This document shows, one piece after another, positions 1-13,600 of a DNA stretch of 64,000 nt. Position 1 is the first letter of the stretch, and every line of letters begins with the position of its first letter. The stretch covers positions 124,001-188,000 of the forward strand of contig JAQGDQ010000221.1 of assembly GCA_030141605.1 (NCBI GenBank). Direction: 5' to 3'. Below the pieces are notes generated by a model. The model was given only the letters and a program-made list of their open reading frames with translations. It did no database searches and had not been told where the DNA came from. The DNA comes from Tubiluchus corallicola (lineage: Eukaryota > Animalia > Priapulida). Position numbers and translations under genes: made by a program.

Positions 1-1036
1 GCAATTGTCTCAAATAACTCTGCATAACTGTCTCTATATTTTTATACATAGAGATATACATGTGGTTACACTGATGTGATGCAAACAAAGTGACGGCCTG
101 TCAACAAGCGGTTAGCTTGCAAAATGATGGACTGTGCCCGGAGTATGCGGGACTTTAAACGGACCAAATTTTATGCAAATTTTCCGATATCCGTAAAAGT
201 GAGGTCCGGCAAACCGAGATATGAGTGTATTACATTTTGGATGATCGATAAATAAATGGGAACTGCCAGCAAAAAATGCTTCCGGTGGCAATCGTTTACC
301 ATACTGCCAAAATATCAATAAGACGCCTCTGCCATACGTCTGATTTTAAAAGATCACCCATGACAATGCAAAGTACCGATCCTGCCAAACATTAGGAAAC
401 ATTTTCGTGGAGTGCTGAATACCTAACTGGGAGAGCATCAAACTACCAGGGACGTTTCAAGAGTTTATGACATCTCTATTGTGAATTTAAGGTTGCTTAT
501 GTAAAGAGAAGGTTAAACAATTACTTGCTGTGTATTAGAAACACTGTTAACCTAGTTTCTACGTGGTCATGATTAATTCCACATATTTGAATAGCGGTTA
601 TATTCAAGCAGGCTGCGCAACTATTTGTTGTGTAATACCTTGCACCTGTTCATTATGTGGCACTTATATAAAAGCTGTATTCAGTAACTGCGTGTGGTGT
701 GTTATAAAATGTACCTTTTACATGAACATGAAAGTATACAAATTTTCCTAGGAGAATAAGTATTTTTCTAAAGTGTGACACCCTCAACGTTGGCCTAGTT
801 AGCCTATTGTTATTACATTCTCAAACTAACAAACTGTATATTTCTTTACTGCACATAGTGGAAATACTGTGATCAGTAATAGATCCTACAGTGTTGTAAA
901 TCCACTAAAAATAAATAAAGTTTCTATATGTATATATATATATATAGTCTATTGTTTAATACACTCCTGCAAACTACCTAAAAAATTGTATTCCTAATGC
1001 TGTTAAGTTGCATGCAGTAAGTTATATTACCATTAC

Positions 1037-3343
1037 CTAAGTCGGAGAAGAGGTCCACAAGTCATTATAACAGTAGCCACCCAGTAAGTACCAACGCTGG
1101 ACTTGTTGCCCACTTCCACCTTCATCCCGGCTTTCACGCCGCTCTCCAGACTCTTCTCTACCTGTACAGATTGAAAATTGCTATTTATGGTATGGTTGAC
1201 ACCTACAGGCATTGTTCTAAAATGCATTTAAGCTGCACATCAAAATTGATACTGGGTTGCAATATGAAAAGAGAAGAGACAAAAAATACTTGGGCGGACA
1301 ATAAAAATGCCTTTGTTTCTGTCTAACTGCCCGGGTAATATTTTCAATCGCACACACGGTCGGGGATTTTATAATTTTTTTGTACCTTCACATACTTATT
1401 TGACACAGTCATATAAAAGCGTATTTTTAATTTAAAACGTAAAATGCAATAATTATTATAACATCTTTCTTTCCGGGAACGCAGGACACGGTCACATTTT
1501 TTCACAGCTAACTCTCAGCGAGAGTTGCCATTTTGTATGATGCTCATTGTATTGGCGGCTAAAAAAGTATCGAATTTTCTACAAAATCGGAGTATTAATG
1601 GCCGAGTGGTGTTGCCGCTTATACTTTAACTATCAAAATATACACGTTTATGATACAAGAAAGAGACTATACAATAATCGATAATTATATGATGATTTAG
1701 TAATGAGAAACTAAAAAACAAAGCATGAAAAAACGTGCATTGAAGAAGTATAAAACATTACTGCTAACCAGTGGGAAATAAACAAAATTTGATTTAAACT
1801 GATTTTAAATATTCCACGATTCAGCTTTAAACATTAGCAAAGCTTTAAAAAAATTATCCTCCCTCCCTATTGACATCTTTTAGGGTAACACAGAAACAAT
1901 TTTTTTTGTGGCCAGTCTCATAACTGAGTTGTCACGGCATTTTACTTAATAATCACAAGTATGACTGCATGAACAAATGAACCAGTTCAATACTCACTTA
2001 GGGCAGTTCATTTGTTATTTTTAAGTTCAAAACTCGCTACAAAAATTCAAAATAACTAAGCCCTACACTGAATGTAGTTGAAATGTACCACAACTACTAG
2101 CAAATTCAAAATTTCTGATCACAAAGAGTATTTATTACTTTATAGCAATTTTAAGTGTATATTGTACTCGCGTTGAAAGGATTTTTTGTTTGTTTTTATT
2201 TTAAATCTCCTGCAATACTGTTCCGACGGCGCCATTAAACGGCGTCTTATACGCACGAAGTAAATCCGGGGATGAAAAGGAAATGTTAAATTACGTCCCA
2301 AAATTACGTCATGCAAAATTATATTACTTAGCATTTCGCCTACCTGCTGGAAAGACTTATGTAACTAGAAATAATAATTTAAAATGTTCGGGAAAATTGG
2401 TTAAATATCACCGGCTCATCTTCCGGGGCTGCGTCTAATATCATAAAAAATAGCACCTTCAGACCTCATCATCACTTACATGCTTAAACGAGGTTGGTGG
2501 AACTGCCAAAGCACCCATCTCTTCCAGGTACTCCTCCCAAATGAAATCTCTCGCAGTACCCTCTTCTTGCATGTCCAGGCTGCCCATTTCCAATGCACTT
2601 TTACTCGTCTCTGCTATGGAGGTGCTTAATTGACTGCCCATTTCCAATGCACTTTTGCCCGTCTCTGCTACGGAGATGCTTATCTGACTAGAACACTCGG
2701 TAATATTAAAGCAGTCAACAATAGGTCTGTCAAAAGTAGTACCACCAGTTTGTAGAAGCAATGGCTGTATATCCTTTAACAATGGTTTCTGTGCAACAGT
2801 ATCACCCCCTGCCAGGGAATCTGTAACAACTTCCTCGTCATGGCAATCCTCATTATCAGGCCATTTAATATTTACCTCTTCACCTTGTTCTACTGGATCC
2901 TCCTTATACGTCTCACCTCCTAGTTCAGTGCGGTCGGTTTCTGTTATAAGCAATTCTGAAGGATTTATTATTTCATTTGAATTATAATCTTCACAACTGC
3001 CTGGACCTCGTTTTTTATCAGTGTTCGAATCTCCACCATCACTGCTTGCATGCAATTTTTCCGCACTGCTCACTTCAGATGTCACTAAAGCTTTTCTTTC
3101 AGGCAAACTAACATCTACTTCGGTCCGATCGGCAGCCTTCTCTACACCGGCTTCCTCGCCAGTTCTGATATAGTCGAGAACGTCCATATTTTCACTGAGT
3201 TTTATACCAATGTCCAGTTTGTTTTGCGAATCAATAGCAAAATCTAGTGCTGAGTCTTCACCAGCAACATCAAGCGATGGATGAATAATGTTATTCAAGA
3301 TTTCACCGACCTCTTCAGGACTGGTGCCAGTTTCTGTAAACAT
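1037..3343 (-). CDS. SFMBT1: Scm-like with four MBT domains (SFMBT1/2-like), 5' part; coding exons 3343-2480 and 1161-1037, gene continues beyond the left edge of the window
   Basis: Exon 1 ends FIWEEYLEEMGALAVPPTSFKH at a GTAAGT donor. It joins in phase 0 to a CAG acceptor exon VEKSLESGVKAGMKVEVGNKSSVGTYWVATVIMTCGPLLRLR ending at a GTAATG donor. This closely resembles the first MBT repeat of vertebrate SFMBT1/2 (WEEYLE..G..AVP..SFKHV; GMK.EV; YWVATVI.TC..LL.LR). Confidence 0.88.
1270..1920. repeat. Dispersed repeat, inverted homolog at ~43560-44170
   Basis: TGTTTCTGTCTAACTGCCCGGGTAAT…TCGCACACA matches the reverse complement of TGTGTGCGAC…ATTACCCAGGTGATTAGACGGAAACA; shared blocks continue for several hundred bp. 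Confidence 0.55.
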
Positions 3344-3430
3344 CAGTACTTAGTAACACATATGCAAATAATTTCAGATTTAAAGCTTAAAGGAAATTTT
3401 ATAGTACGCCCCAAAAAACTTTCTATACAA

Positions 3431-3902
3431 TAGTGATAGGCAATTAATAGATTAATCGACTTAATCGCGATTACAACCATGTATAAATCGATATAGTCGG
3501 CTAATGAACAGTAATTCAGTTAATCGAGACTAAAAGGCGGTGTTTTAACACAAATAAACGGAATTCTTGCATTTTTCCTTCATTTTTCCTTACACAATAC
3601 ACACAGTTGCAAACCACAGTGTTGCAAACTGGGGCTTCTTATTCATTTTCACTTGACGTGTGTAGTTGACAAAGTAATAGAGTAATTAATGAATGTATCC
3701 GTCTATACAAATAGTTCCGAGTACGAAAATGGCAGACAGCGACGTAAGCCATGAAGAAGTTTATAGGCTATATTTCAGAGCTGCAGTGTTTGAAAAATAT
3801 GGCTAAAACACTAAAAAATTACCGCAAAAGATTAATCGTGATAGCGAATTATAAGAACAAGATTGTAATCGAACTAGAAAATTTCAAAATTGCCTATCAC
3901 TG
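3431..3902. mobile_element. hAT-like MITE (second copy inverted at 29013-29513)
   Basis: TIR TAGTGATAGGCAAT…ATTGCCTATCACTG; 8-bp TSD ctatacaa/ctatgcaa. Confidence 0.75.
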
Positions 3903-4563
3903 CTATGCAAAATTATATTAATTTGCATTACCTGTTTAAAAGACTTGTGTAAGACAAGTAAGAAAAATAAGAAATATTCACACCACTCTAATACAGAAAG
4001 TGAATCTTGGAATCCAAATTTGTATAGTACAAAACTTAAGGTTTGGCCCGACTGTTGATGCAAAAAAGTACTGCAGATATACGACAAAATGCATTACTTA
4101 CACTGATGAAAGATGACTAATACACAGGAAATTGATAAAGACCAGTAATGCACAAATGAATTTGATATACTGCTTTGTAGTGGATGAATAAAGCAATGCA
4201 CAGACAGCCAGGCAACAGACACATACTTCTCACATACATCAACTGCACTTTGTACTTACGAAAGCGCACACTAGTCGAAGACTACTAGGGTAGAATTCAG
4301 CTTAACGAGTTGATTAATTTACCTTAATAAAATACTACTTTATTCAACATTTGGCCAAATAAAATGGTATACTTAAACTCCGACAAAAGCTACGAAAACG
4401 TCCAAAATCTTTTGCATCATGCCGCTATAAAAACATGGGGTTGGCCTCCGTAAAATACGAAACGAAAGAGTAAACTCGTGCTTTCCAATAGTTTTTAAGT
4501 AATTTCTAAAAAAAGAAGAACTATAATGTGGGATGTTTAGATGCAAAGAATCCATGAAATTAA

Positions 4564-5099
4564 AGAAAAACTGGATGATTGTGTAAACATTAGTTCAGAG
4601 TAAAGAATGCTCTAAAATATTGAAAACTACAACAGCTTTTTTTAAATCAAAGCTTAGAGTAAATAATAATTATCTCGGATATTCAAGTTTTGTTAAACTT
4701 TTAAAGCTATGCGTGGCTCAGTGAATCTACTAAGATTGGCAATGGCACCTTTTTGTTACATGCGGTGACAAATAGAAGGCGGTACCGTGATAACCATGAT
4801 CAAGAACTGCAGCGTTAGTTTCTGACGTCATGTGATGTAGAACCCATTTTCGTGACATCACGCGTTTAAACCGTAACACTTACGCAAACGTGTGTGGCAT
4901 GCAAGGGAAGATGCCTACCATTGCACAAACTGTGGTTAGTTTCTGATATAAGCAATAGCTGTGTTGGGTTACTGTTAATTACTTTTTAAGTTAATTGTTC
5001 AAATATAAGAAACAACTGCTAAGAATTATAGGCAAAAAATGTATATTTTGGACAGTAAATTAAAATGAGATTGAGTCTAAACAATCGTCCGGTCTTCCT
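4564..5099. mobile_element. Kolobok-like TTAA MITE, family A
   Basis: TTAA|AGAAAAACTGGATGATTGT…ACAATCGTCCGGTCTTCCT|TTAA; similar copies at 29980-30521 and 53266-53837. Confidence 0.75.
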
Positions 5100-5464
5100 T
5101 TAAGTTTAAGCAGTACAAACTTGAGGCTTGAAACCATTACCATAGTGACCACTGAAGTTCTTTCATACAGTTTATTGGTCATAAGAAAACGTTATCATTA
5201 ATTTTCGCCCACCAGTCATGAAAAAGTTTCTTATAGAAAATTATAAATTAAGTAAATGACGTGTATCATGTTCAGCTAATTGAGAAATTATGTACTAAAG
5301 TCATGATGAACAACTTACCTTCTGAAACATTTTCTGATAATGGCTTCACTGACTTTTCATCGAAGCAATCACTGTTGGTTTCCATGGTAACACGGATATC
5401 AGCATTAACACCACATTCTGTCTGTAAAGATTTGAAACAAAGTTAGAACAGACTTGGTAAATTC

Positions 5465-5800
5465 TTGGGGAAGGGGGATGGAGAAGAGTTGGAGAGGATA
5501 ATAGAGGAAAGGAGTGCAGAGGAAGGGAGAGAAAAAGAGGATAGGAGAGGAGAGGAACGGAGCTGAGAGAGCAGCAATGAAAAGGATAAGGAAGCAAAGG
5601 AAAAATGAAAAGCCAGAAAAAATTAAAGAACAGGAAGAGCAAAGGAAAATGAAGAGAAGAGTTAAAGAGGGAGAGACGAGAAAGAAGATAGAGGTAAGAC
5701 AAGGAAAAAAGAAGGCGACAAAGAAAAAAGATGCAAACAGACAGCAGAAGTGAGGGAAGGAAGAATTAAAAGTAAAGAAAGCAAGACAATAACAAAAAAA
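5465..5800. repeat. Purine-rich (GA) low-complexity tract
   Basis: Almost only A/G on the + strand; produces spurious K/E/R-rich and L/S/F/P-rich ORFs. Confidence 0.7.
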
Positions 5801-6849
5801 GCTTAAAATTAAATTTTGTTAATTAAATTTAAAAAAGAAATATAATAATTCCAAGAAAAAAATTTAATCTGGTCAAATGAATACATGGTACTACATAGCC
5901 ATTTTATTATTCTTTGAGCTACACAAAGTGGTTTCCAAGTAACATTTAAATCAGCCTAGGTTTGAAACTAACTTAAACATCAAAGTTGTGATTTTTAAGG
6001 CTTCTTGTATAGTGTTATTAGTGAAGAAAACCAATGATAATAATAACATGAACAAAGACTGATAATAAATGAGTCAAATTTTTTTCTTTAACAATGTTAC
6101 TCTAAAAAAATTGAAACAATAATTGTATTAAACTATTGTTGTTTCTATTATAAATTATATAGAAAGACAATCATATAGTAACAAAATATTAATGAAAAAA
6201 AATATCAGAATGCACACAAAGTATGGTCACTATAGAAGAAACAGAAGAAGGTTTTTCTGGTTCTGTCTCCTTTTAGGAAGTAACAATACTTTAATTGAAC
6301 AAGCTATTTAATTTTTAGCCTACCAACAAATTAAACTTTTAAGGTCTTAATAACTAAGGATATTATAAATCACAGCCAACGTTTCTGCTATGAAGAAATT
6401 TTTCGTTGCCTGAGCGGTGGCGCCACCAACTCGGACTCGTCATTATCAATGTGTTGGCAACTTTCCAAAATAAAATACTGTCAACTTTCAAGCATTGGAA
6501 AACGCAAATAAAATACACAGAATGGGAAAAAAGTATAAAAGAAGAATAAAGCACCTAACAGACAACACATAACAATTTGAATGCTTTGCATCTAATATCG
6601 TTATTATTTTTAATATTACGCCGAATCTACACCAACACTATCTCACAACACCGCTACACATTAAAACACCTGCGAGAAAACTGCGTCGTCTCAACTTAGA
6701 TATTTAAAGCAAACTAAGATAGAAACACAAGCAAAAGTATTAAACAACAAGCACAACATATTAATATACAATTTTCCAAATTTTGTTTCAAACCTTATGT
6801 GAGTTATCATCCATAATTATGAAGACAAAAGTAACTAAAAATTATCTTA

Positions 6850-7085
6850 ATTCCCAAAATGGCCTCTTCATCACATAGCGCATGCGTCACAAGGCAAAGT
6901 GTAGGCTGAGCTGCACTAGCAGATTTTTAAAATAAACTTAATGTTTAATGCTTATTCCCGCATAATTTTTTTGTTTTACTGGCTGTGCGCTTTTTCCTTA
7001 ATAAACAGAGTTTCATTGATTTTATTTAACAGCTTTTGTTTTTATCGGTTTTTTATTGCACGCACTGGGCATGCGCAGCTGCGTG
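6850..7085. promoter_or_regulatory. Putative bidirectional promoter between SFMBT (-) and STIMATE (+)
   Basis: Lies between divergent genes. NRF1-like GCGCATGCGT at ~6878 and GGGCATGCGCA at ~7067, YY1-like CAAAATGGC at ~6855. A candidate non-coding STIMATE exon has a GTAAGT donor at 7405 and the next acceptor at 7609. Confidence 0.5.
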
Positions 7086-7692
7086 GCTAGCTACAGCATA
7101 CAGTATTACAAAATTTTGTATCCGTTCAACGTGATTATTGTTGTGAAAGTTCGTTGTGCTTCTATAGATGTATTGTAGTAATGTGATGTGAGTAAAAACT
7201 TGCGTTTAATATGCAGGTTGAAATTGCAAAAAATGTGTTAAGTCATGGAATAATGATTTCTTGATTTTTACATTTGTATAACTAAAGCTCGTACAGTACA
7301 GGTGTGACTTGCAGTGAATTTGCATATGGGTTTGGCTACCGGCATAACACTAAATCGAATTGACCTGTGCTAAAATACTAAGCATACAAGTATTATCACC
7401 TTCTGTAAGTATAGCCTTATTTTTAAATAGTGTTGTCTCCGTACAATGCATTTTTTGTACCACTGCACTAGCCGTGTTAAAAATAATAGAATTTAGAACT
7501 GTCTAGTTTCCCCCTAGTTTAATCATAGTGTAGTTTTTATAATTTACATCCTGTTACCTTTAAAACGTGTTACCAGTACATCTTATACTGTGCTTTCTTT
7601 GTTGTACAGGCTGACCAGTAAACTGGTCATAGACAAGGCAGATGTTATGTGAAAGACAATAATTCCAATTTAGTCGGCTTTTGAAGAACACA

Positions 7693-10600
7693 ATGGAAAC
7701 AATGGCTGATGTAGTAACCGGAATTGACAAAATACATTGTGAACATGGTGCACTGACGAACACGTGGGGATGGTTTGTACAGGGACTTTTAGCCTTGGTC
7801 GCTTTCTCTTCTTTAATAGGTAACGTCCTTCAATTACCTGGTCTTGCTGTAACTGCAATTCACAGCTATTTTTTCCGATGTACATGTATTTTTACTGGTT
7901 CTGCAAATGATATTGCAAAGATGTCATTGCATTTTTAGGGACTGCGGTTGTCAATTCAGTTCCATTTATTTATCTCTTTAGAACACTACGGTAGAACATT
8001 ATCAATAAGAGAATCAATTATAAGTTTTGAAGATTGGTTACAATTGATAGATATAAAACTAGAGAAAGGATAGCAAAACGACTATAAAGTCATCTAGTCT
8101 ACCGAATATAGAAAATGATCATTAGATGCCGATGGGCTTGAAAATTGATGTAATCCAAAATAAAGAAAATATAGGTGCTATAAATTAGTGTGTCAACAAA
8201 ATAGGGTAAATGTTGCATAAACTAAAATTAACATTTTAATTTTGAGTGAATGACAGGTCAAGTTTGTTGTGTAATAATAAAAACACTTTGGATTAAAAAT
8301 ACAGTGAATTGACAACAAGAATTAAACACATTTTGATTTGGGTTCAACTTCATCATTTCTAGCAGGGTTTCCACGGCCAGAGAAAATCCTGGAAAATCGT
8401 TAAAATACAGGCTATCCCGGAAAGTCAGGGAAAATGATGAAAATTGGGCGAAAAGTCAGGGAAATTGAAAAGGGTTGCAAAAATAATCACTGTTAACCGA
8501 TATTTTTCAGTGATACGTGTTCAAATAAAATTTTGTTATGGCAGGCTCCCAGTTTTGATTTCTGCTCCAAAAATAATGATTTGATTAAGAAAGTTTATTT
8601 AAAGTGATTAGTGTAATTTCGTTAGCACTACTACAACTGTGCTGACACATTATATATCAGTATATGTATGAATGTCCATACAGAAGAATGTTTGAATGTG
8701 TATACTGGTAACGCCATTTCTGCTTATCATGGTCAGGGAAAAGTCGGGGAAATTTATTTTAAAATTCTGTGGGAACTCTGTCTAGGCTTATGGAGTAAAA
8801 ATAAATCTACTGACTTGGACAATTATAATATATAAAATAATTTTCAGTATGCACACTAGACAAACATTTAGTTATGCAGGTTTTTGTAATAATTTTATAA
8901 AGGAGAGGTAAGACTTGTGCAATCTGTGAACAACCCCTGAAACTTTACTCATAAAATAGTACTGCGGTATGACTTTAATAACTGCTCCACAAAGAAGAGA
9001 AGAAAGAGAAAGTTTTTCCTGATATTATGATAATATAGATCTGCATGGCCAGATGATGTACTAATTTCTAATAAGTCATAAGTCATTTATTCCACATAGC
9101 ACATTTACAATAGTTTCGTGTACAATATATGGTGAGAGGGCCTACAATGAACTTAATACTAATAAGTTTTTGTTTCTGCACAAGAAAAGCCTTGCCCAAT
9201 GTTTGCTTATATACAAATGTAAATGTAAAATTGTTAGATTGTCCCACACTGTGAAAGAAAAACAGTAATGAAATTAAGCTGAAATAATTTGATGTGAATT
9301 ATATATTGTCATAAGCAAATGTATTAATCAGCAGCTCGTTATTCAATAATTGTGTGCTTGCATAACAAAATCGTCCATAAGTCAGCAATTAAGCTTTTCT
9401 AGTTATTCACATATCCTGAATCTCCATTTCATGAGGATCGTTTTGATACCAAGTTCATTACTGTATATTATTTCTAAGCTGAGATAATCCACGTTGAAAT
9501 TGAGGTGCTTGCCAGGCACTGAAAAACGTAATCTTGAGAAAATCGCTGTTAAAGTTAGCCATTGTTTTTTGTCGTGTTTCTACAAAACACTTACCAAATG
9601 TTGGTTGCTATGGGCTTTGCAAGAGTAGATTGAAGTTATACTTAAACCTAGTAGACGGCTCTTCCTGACGAAGATCTGGGCTTGGCAACAGAAGTAAAAT
9701 GACTGGTTTCAGGAGCTACTGAAAATACAAAATTTTACAACTGCAGTACTAGTTTCTAGCACGAGAAATTGGTACAGGCTTATAAAGTTGGATTTTTAGT
9801 GGACATTTTCTTGATAATTTCGTGCTAGAATATAAAAATCCAATATATTTAGCGTTTGCTTTTATAAAAAACAAGAAATTGACACTTCACCAAATATTTG
9901 ATGCATTCTACTTTGAAGCATAATAGCGTAATTCTAACTATACCGATTTATGGACGGTTTTGGTTTGCAAACACACACATATTGGTTACTGAAATATGCC
10001 ACATTTCTGTAAATTTGGGGTGTCCTCTGACGAGTTTGGCCTAGGGCCACAAGTAGGTAAATCCGGCCTTGGCAGGCCTTAATTTGGGTGTTTGGCACTG
10101 AGTATTTCGAACTTTTTAAAACAAGCATCTTTTCTTTTGTGTTTCAGTCAAAAGATTTTGTGAACCAAAGCAGGAGAGGCGACCGTGGCTTGTCTGGTAA
10201 GAACTTACGATGTTGTCAGCTTCATTGACATTAATTATCTAATTTAATCTTGAGTTTGTTTTTCCTGAAACACCAACATCCCTTCCATTGAAGCAAAAAT
10301 TAAATTCAAGGCTAATTCCTTGGCACTTTTGGGTTGAACGTTTGTAAAAACTCCACTGTTTTGACGCACTGGAAATTAGTTTTTGCATTTGAAATAGAAC
10401 TTTTACTTTGTCTTACCTTGCAGCAACTCTAACATTTGCCTCAGATAAAAGCTTCAAAATTGGAACATTAATACAACACAAATGTACCTTTAAACATTAA
10501 AGCAAAACCGGACCCAATCTTAAATTGTGGGTCAAAACAATCTGCTCTTTAAAATATAGAAAGGAAATGTACTATTTTTTCAAAAATGACTGACGTGAAA

Positions 10601-13600
10601 GAATTGTTATCATACAACCACAATTTCACGTTTGCGTCACTAGTTCTTCGCTGCTACATGAATTTTGTCATTCGCTAGTTAGACGGGCACTAGCGCCTGC
10701 ATTTCGGAAAAGCCTAGGGGCCCATACTTTGCATTGCTGAATAATTCATATGACTTCAATGAATTTCAACTTTAAAAGAGGCCAGAAAGTGTGAAAATCT
10801 AATTTTAAAGTGGCTTCTCATTTGCCTTTTTTCAGACGTTTTATTTAACACAAGTGCCCTTGCTTTAGGTGAGGGCCCCTCTTTGAAGCCCTTTATTTGA
10901 AATACGGGGCCGTGGGTACGCAAATGTTGCTAAAATATATGACAAGCAAAAAATATTCGAATGTAGTGCGAGCAAATTAGATGGTGGTTCCATCTGTGGG
11001 GCCACGGGCCGGAAAAGGTCATAATCCGGCCATGGAGCAAACCCTGATCAAAACATTTGGCAAAACTCCAACAAGTGTTTAGCCTCAGCAAACAAAGTGA
11101 AGAGGTATCAGTTTTGTAAATTTACATGTTTCTGAATTTTTGTTGTTTTTATTCTTCTTGTTTTCATTGTTTAGGTTTTTTGACACATCCAAACAAGCTC
11201 TAGGTGCCTTGCTTATTCATTTCGCCAATGTTTATTTATCTGATGTGTTTAAAGGTGATCCCTGTACATGGTAAGCGTGACTCGTTATATTGCTAGTGTT
11301 AGAATTTAAAGGAAAACTCAACCTTATTCCATAAGTCGGCATAGTTAAAACCTACGTTATGCTGCTTCAAAGTAGAATGACCGAAAAATGTGGACAAATG
11401 TCAATTTTTTGTATTTTGTAAAAATCAGTACTACATATATTGGACTTTAATATTCTAGCATGAAATTGTGAACAAAGTGTTCAAAAAGCACTAAAAAATT
11501 AATTTTATAATTCCTTACTCATTTTTCTGTCTAGAAGTAAGTACTGCAATTTTAAAAAAACTTCTACTTTCAAACTTCAATAGTACGTCATGGAAGCTGT
11601 TATTTTGCTTCGGGTTTTTTGTGTTGCCAAGCCCAGATTTTCATGAGGAAGAACCATCTACTGGATTTAAACATAACATCAATATGTTCCTGCAAAGTCT
11701 ATAGCACCCAACATTTGTGCGGTTACTAAGTGTTTTGAAGAAATCCAACAAAAAACAATGGCTAACTTTAACAGTGTTTTTCTCAAGATTATTCAAAAGA
11801 GGTGCTGTACCGCCCAGTTCAGATGTGTTCGTTTGTGATGAACTACACAAATTCGACATTTCATGCATGAGTACAGCGGTAAATTTGAAATCTGTATTTT
11901 TATCTTAAAACTTGCATAGTTTTAGTACAAAACACTGAATTTCCTACAGTAGCACTGTACTTCAATTTTCGGTTTCGCATACACGTGCAACACGCTCGTG
12001 GAATATTTTTGTTATTGTTTGTTGAAATATATTTTGTTGAAAATTGTGCTAGCTCACCCGCCGTTAATTAAGTTTTTGCGTATTATTTAATTATTAGAAT
12101 TGCTTTTCGGTATTAATTGTGTTAAAATGTATACATTTTATTGTGCTTGAAAATGGGGTAGTATATTAAAAATCATCCTACCCTCCTTTAATTAGTTCAT
12201 AAATCAGATCAAAGAGTACCCATTTCAAATCCAGACTCAGCACTGACTTTTTTCGCATTTTTTTCATTTTGTCGAGTTTGATTTCGAAAAGCATTTTTGT
12301 TCTGTAACATGTTTGACTTCTGTTTACTATAATAATTAGTAATTGGTGTAGTTATAATTAAGTGGCTTTTGAAGTGTGGGCTATTAATGTAATGTAATGT
12401 AAAATTTATTTATATAGCGCACTACATCATTTAAAATCTCAGCAAGCTGAACAATAAAAATACATTTAAAATTCATAAGAAGCACAAAATTTAAAAGACT
12501 TTAAAAATTAAAAAGAATTCATCGTAAAAATACAATTTAAATAAATGTGTTTTCAGATGTTGTTTAAGACAATCTATTGAATTTGTAGAATGTATAGTAA
12601 CAGGTGAGTTATTCCAGAGAACAGGACAGACCAAAAAAGCCTTTTCGCGATAGAATACTGTATTAGGAATTGGTTGATGTAAATTAATTTGTTCATTAGC
12701 ATTAGAACGAAGTGTTTCGGGATATGTTACGGTGCATTAAAAGAACAGTAAGGTATGCAGGTGCCAAACTATGTAGTATTTTGTAAGTGATACAAAAAAT
12801 TTTAAATCGCATTCTTAACTTTAATGAATTATCTGCTTTGTGTTGAGAACATGGTATGTTTTTTCAGGTACATAATCAGTTTTCTACTAGACTCAACTTT
12901 AGGTCTAATTATTATTTACGTTGGCCTACGATTGTCTCAGTATCTATTTGTGAAGCAGCTGGAGTGGACAACGTTAAAATTAGGAGAATACGGTAGGTTA
13001 AATGATTTGGAATTGACAACTTCTTAAGGTGCTACTTACTGGCTACAAAGTGTGATTGTTGCCTATTGATTAAAGTTGAGCAATCTTCACGAGAAAGCGA
13101 ATTTGAATCGAAGCGAATTTGTGACTTTCGAACTTGAATCAAACCGAAATTCAGGATTTCGAATCTGAATCGAGTGCAAATTCAGATTTAAATATTCTCG
13201 AGTCACTAGTAAACGGCAGTCTTACAAAGATGAAGCATATTGCTTGATTTTGTTCTGCGGTAAAAGCACTGATAATTTGTGTATATTGCAGCTAAACTGT
13301 GCTGATTGTCTGATGTGACAAATGTCTTATGACAAGGAATGTCACTGAAATTCAAATGCTGAAAATCAGTCGAATCTATAATTTTTAAAATTGAAAGAGA
13401 TGACAATAATCAAATATGATTGTCCCTAGCACGATAGCGTGACTATGACGAAAGCTGTATTACATCGCAAAGTGGCTGCTGACTACTTATAGTAGCATCA
13501 TGGCAATTGTTAATACATGTAGTATATTATAGGACTAAGGTGGAAGTGTGCTTGAAATTATAGGGCAATGGTTGACAGTAAAGGAAAGTTTAAAAACGAG

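Noticed and set aside
112-425. Next SFMBT exon
   Set aside because: The candidate acceptor near 422 hits a stop within 10 codons and no Y.G…DFW MBT motif is present; the next exon is probably outside the window.
5346-5753. K/E/R-rich and L/F/S-rich ORFs
   Set aside because: Artefacts of a GA-rich low-complexity tract.
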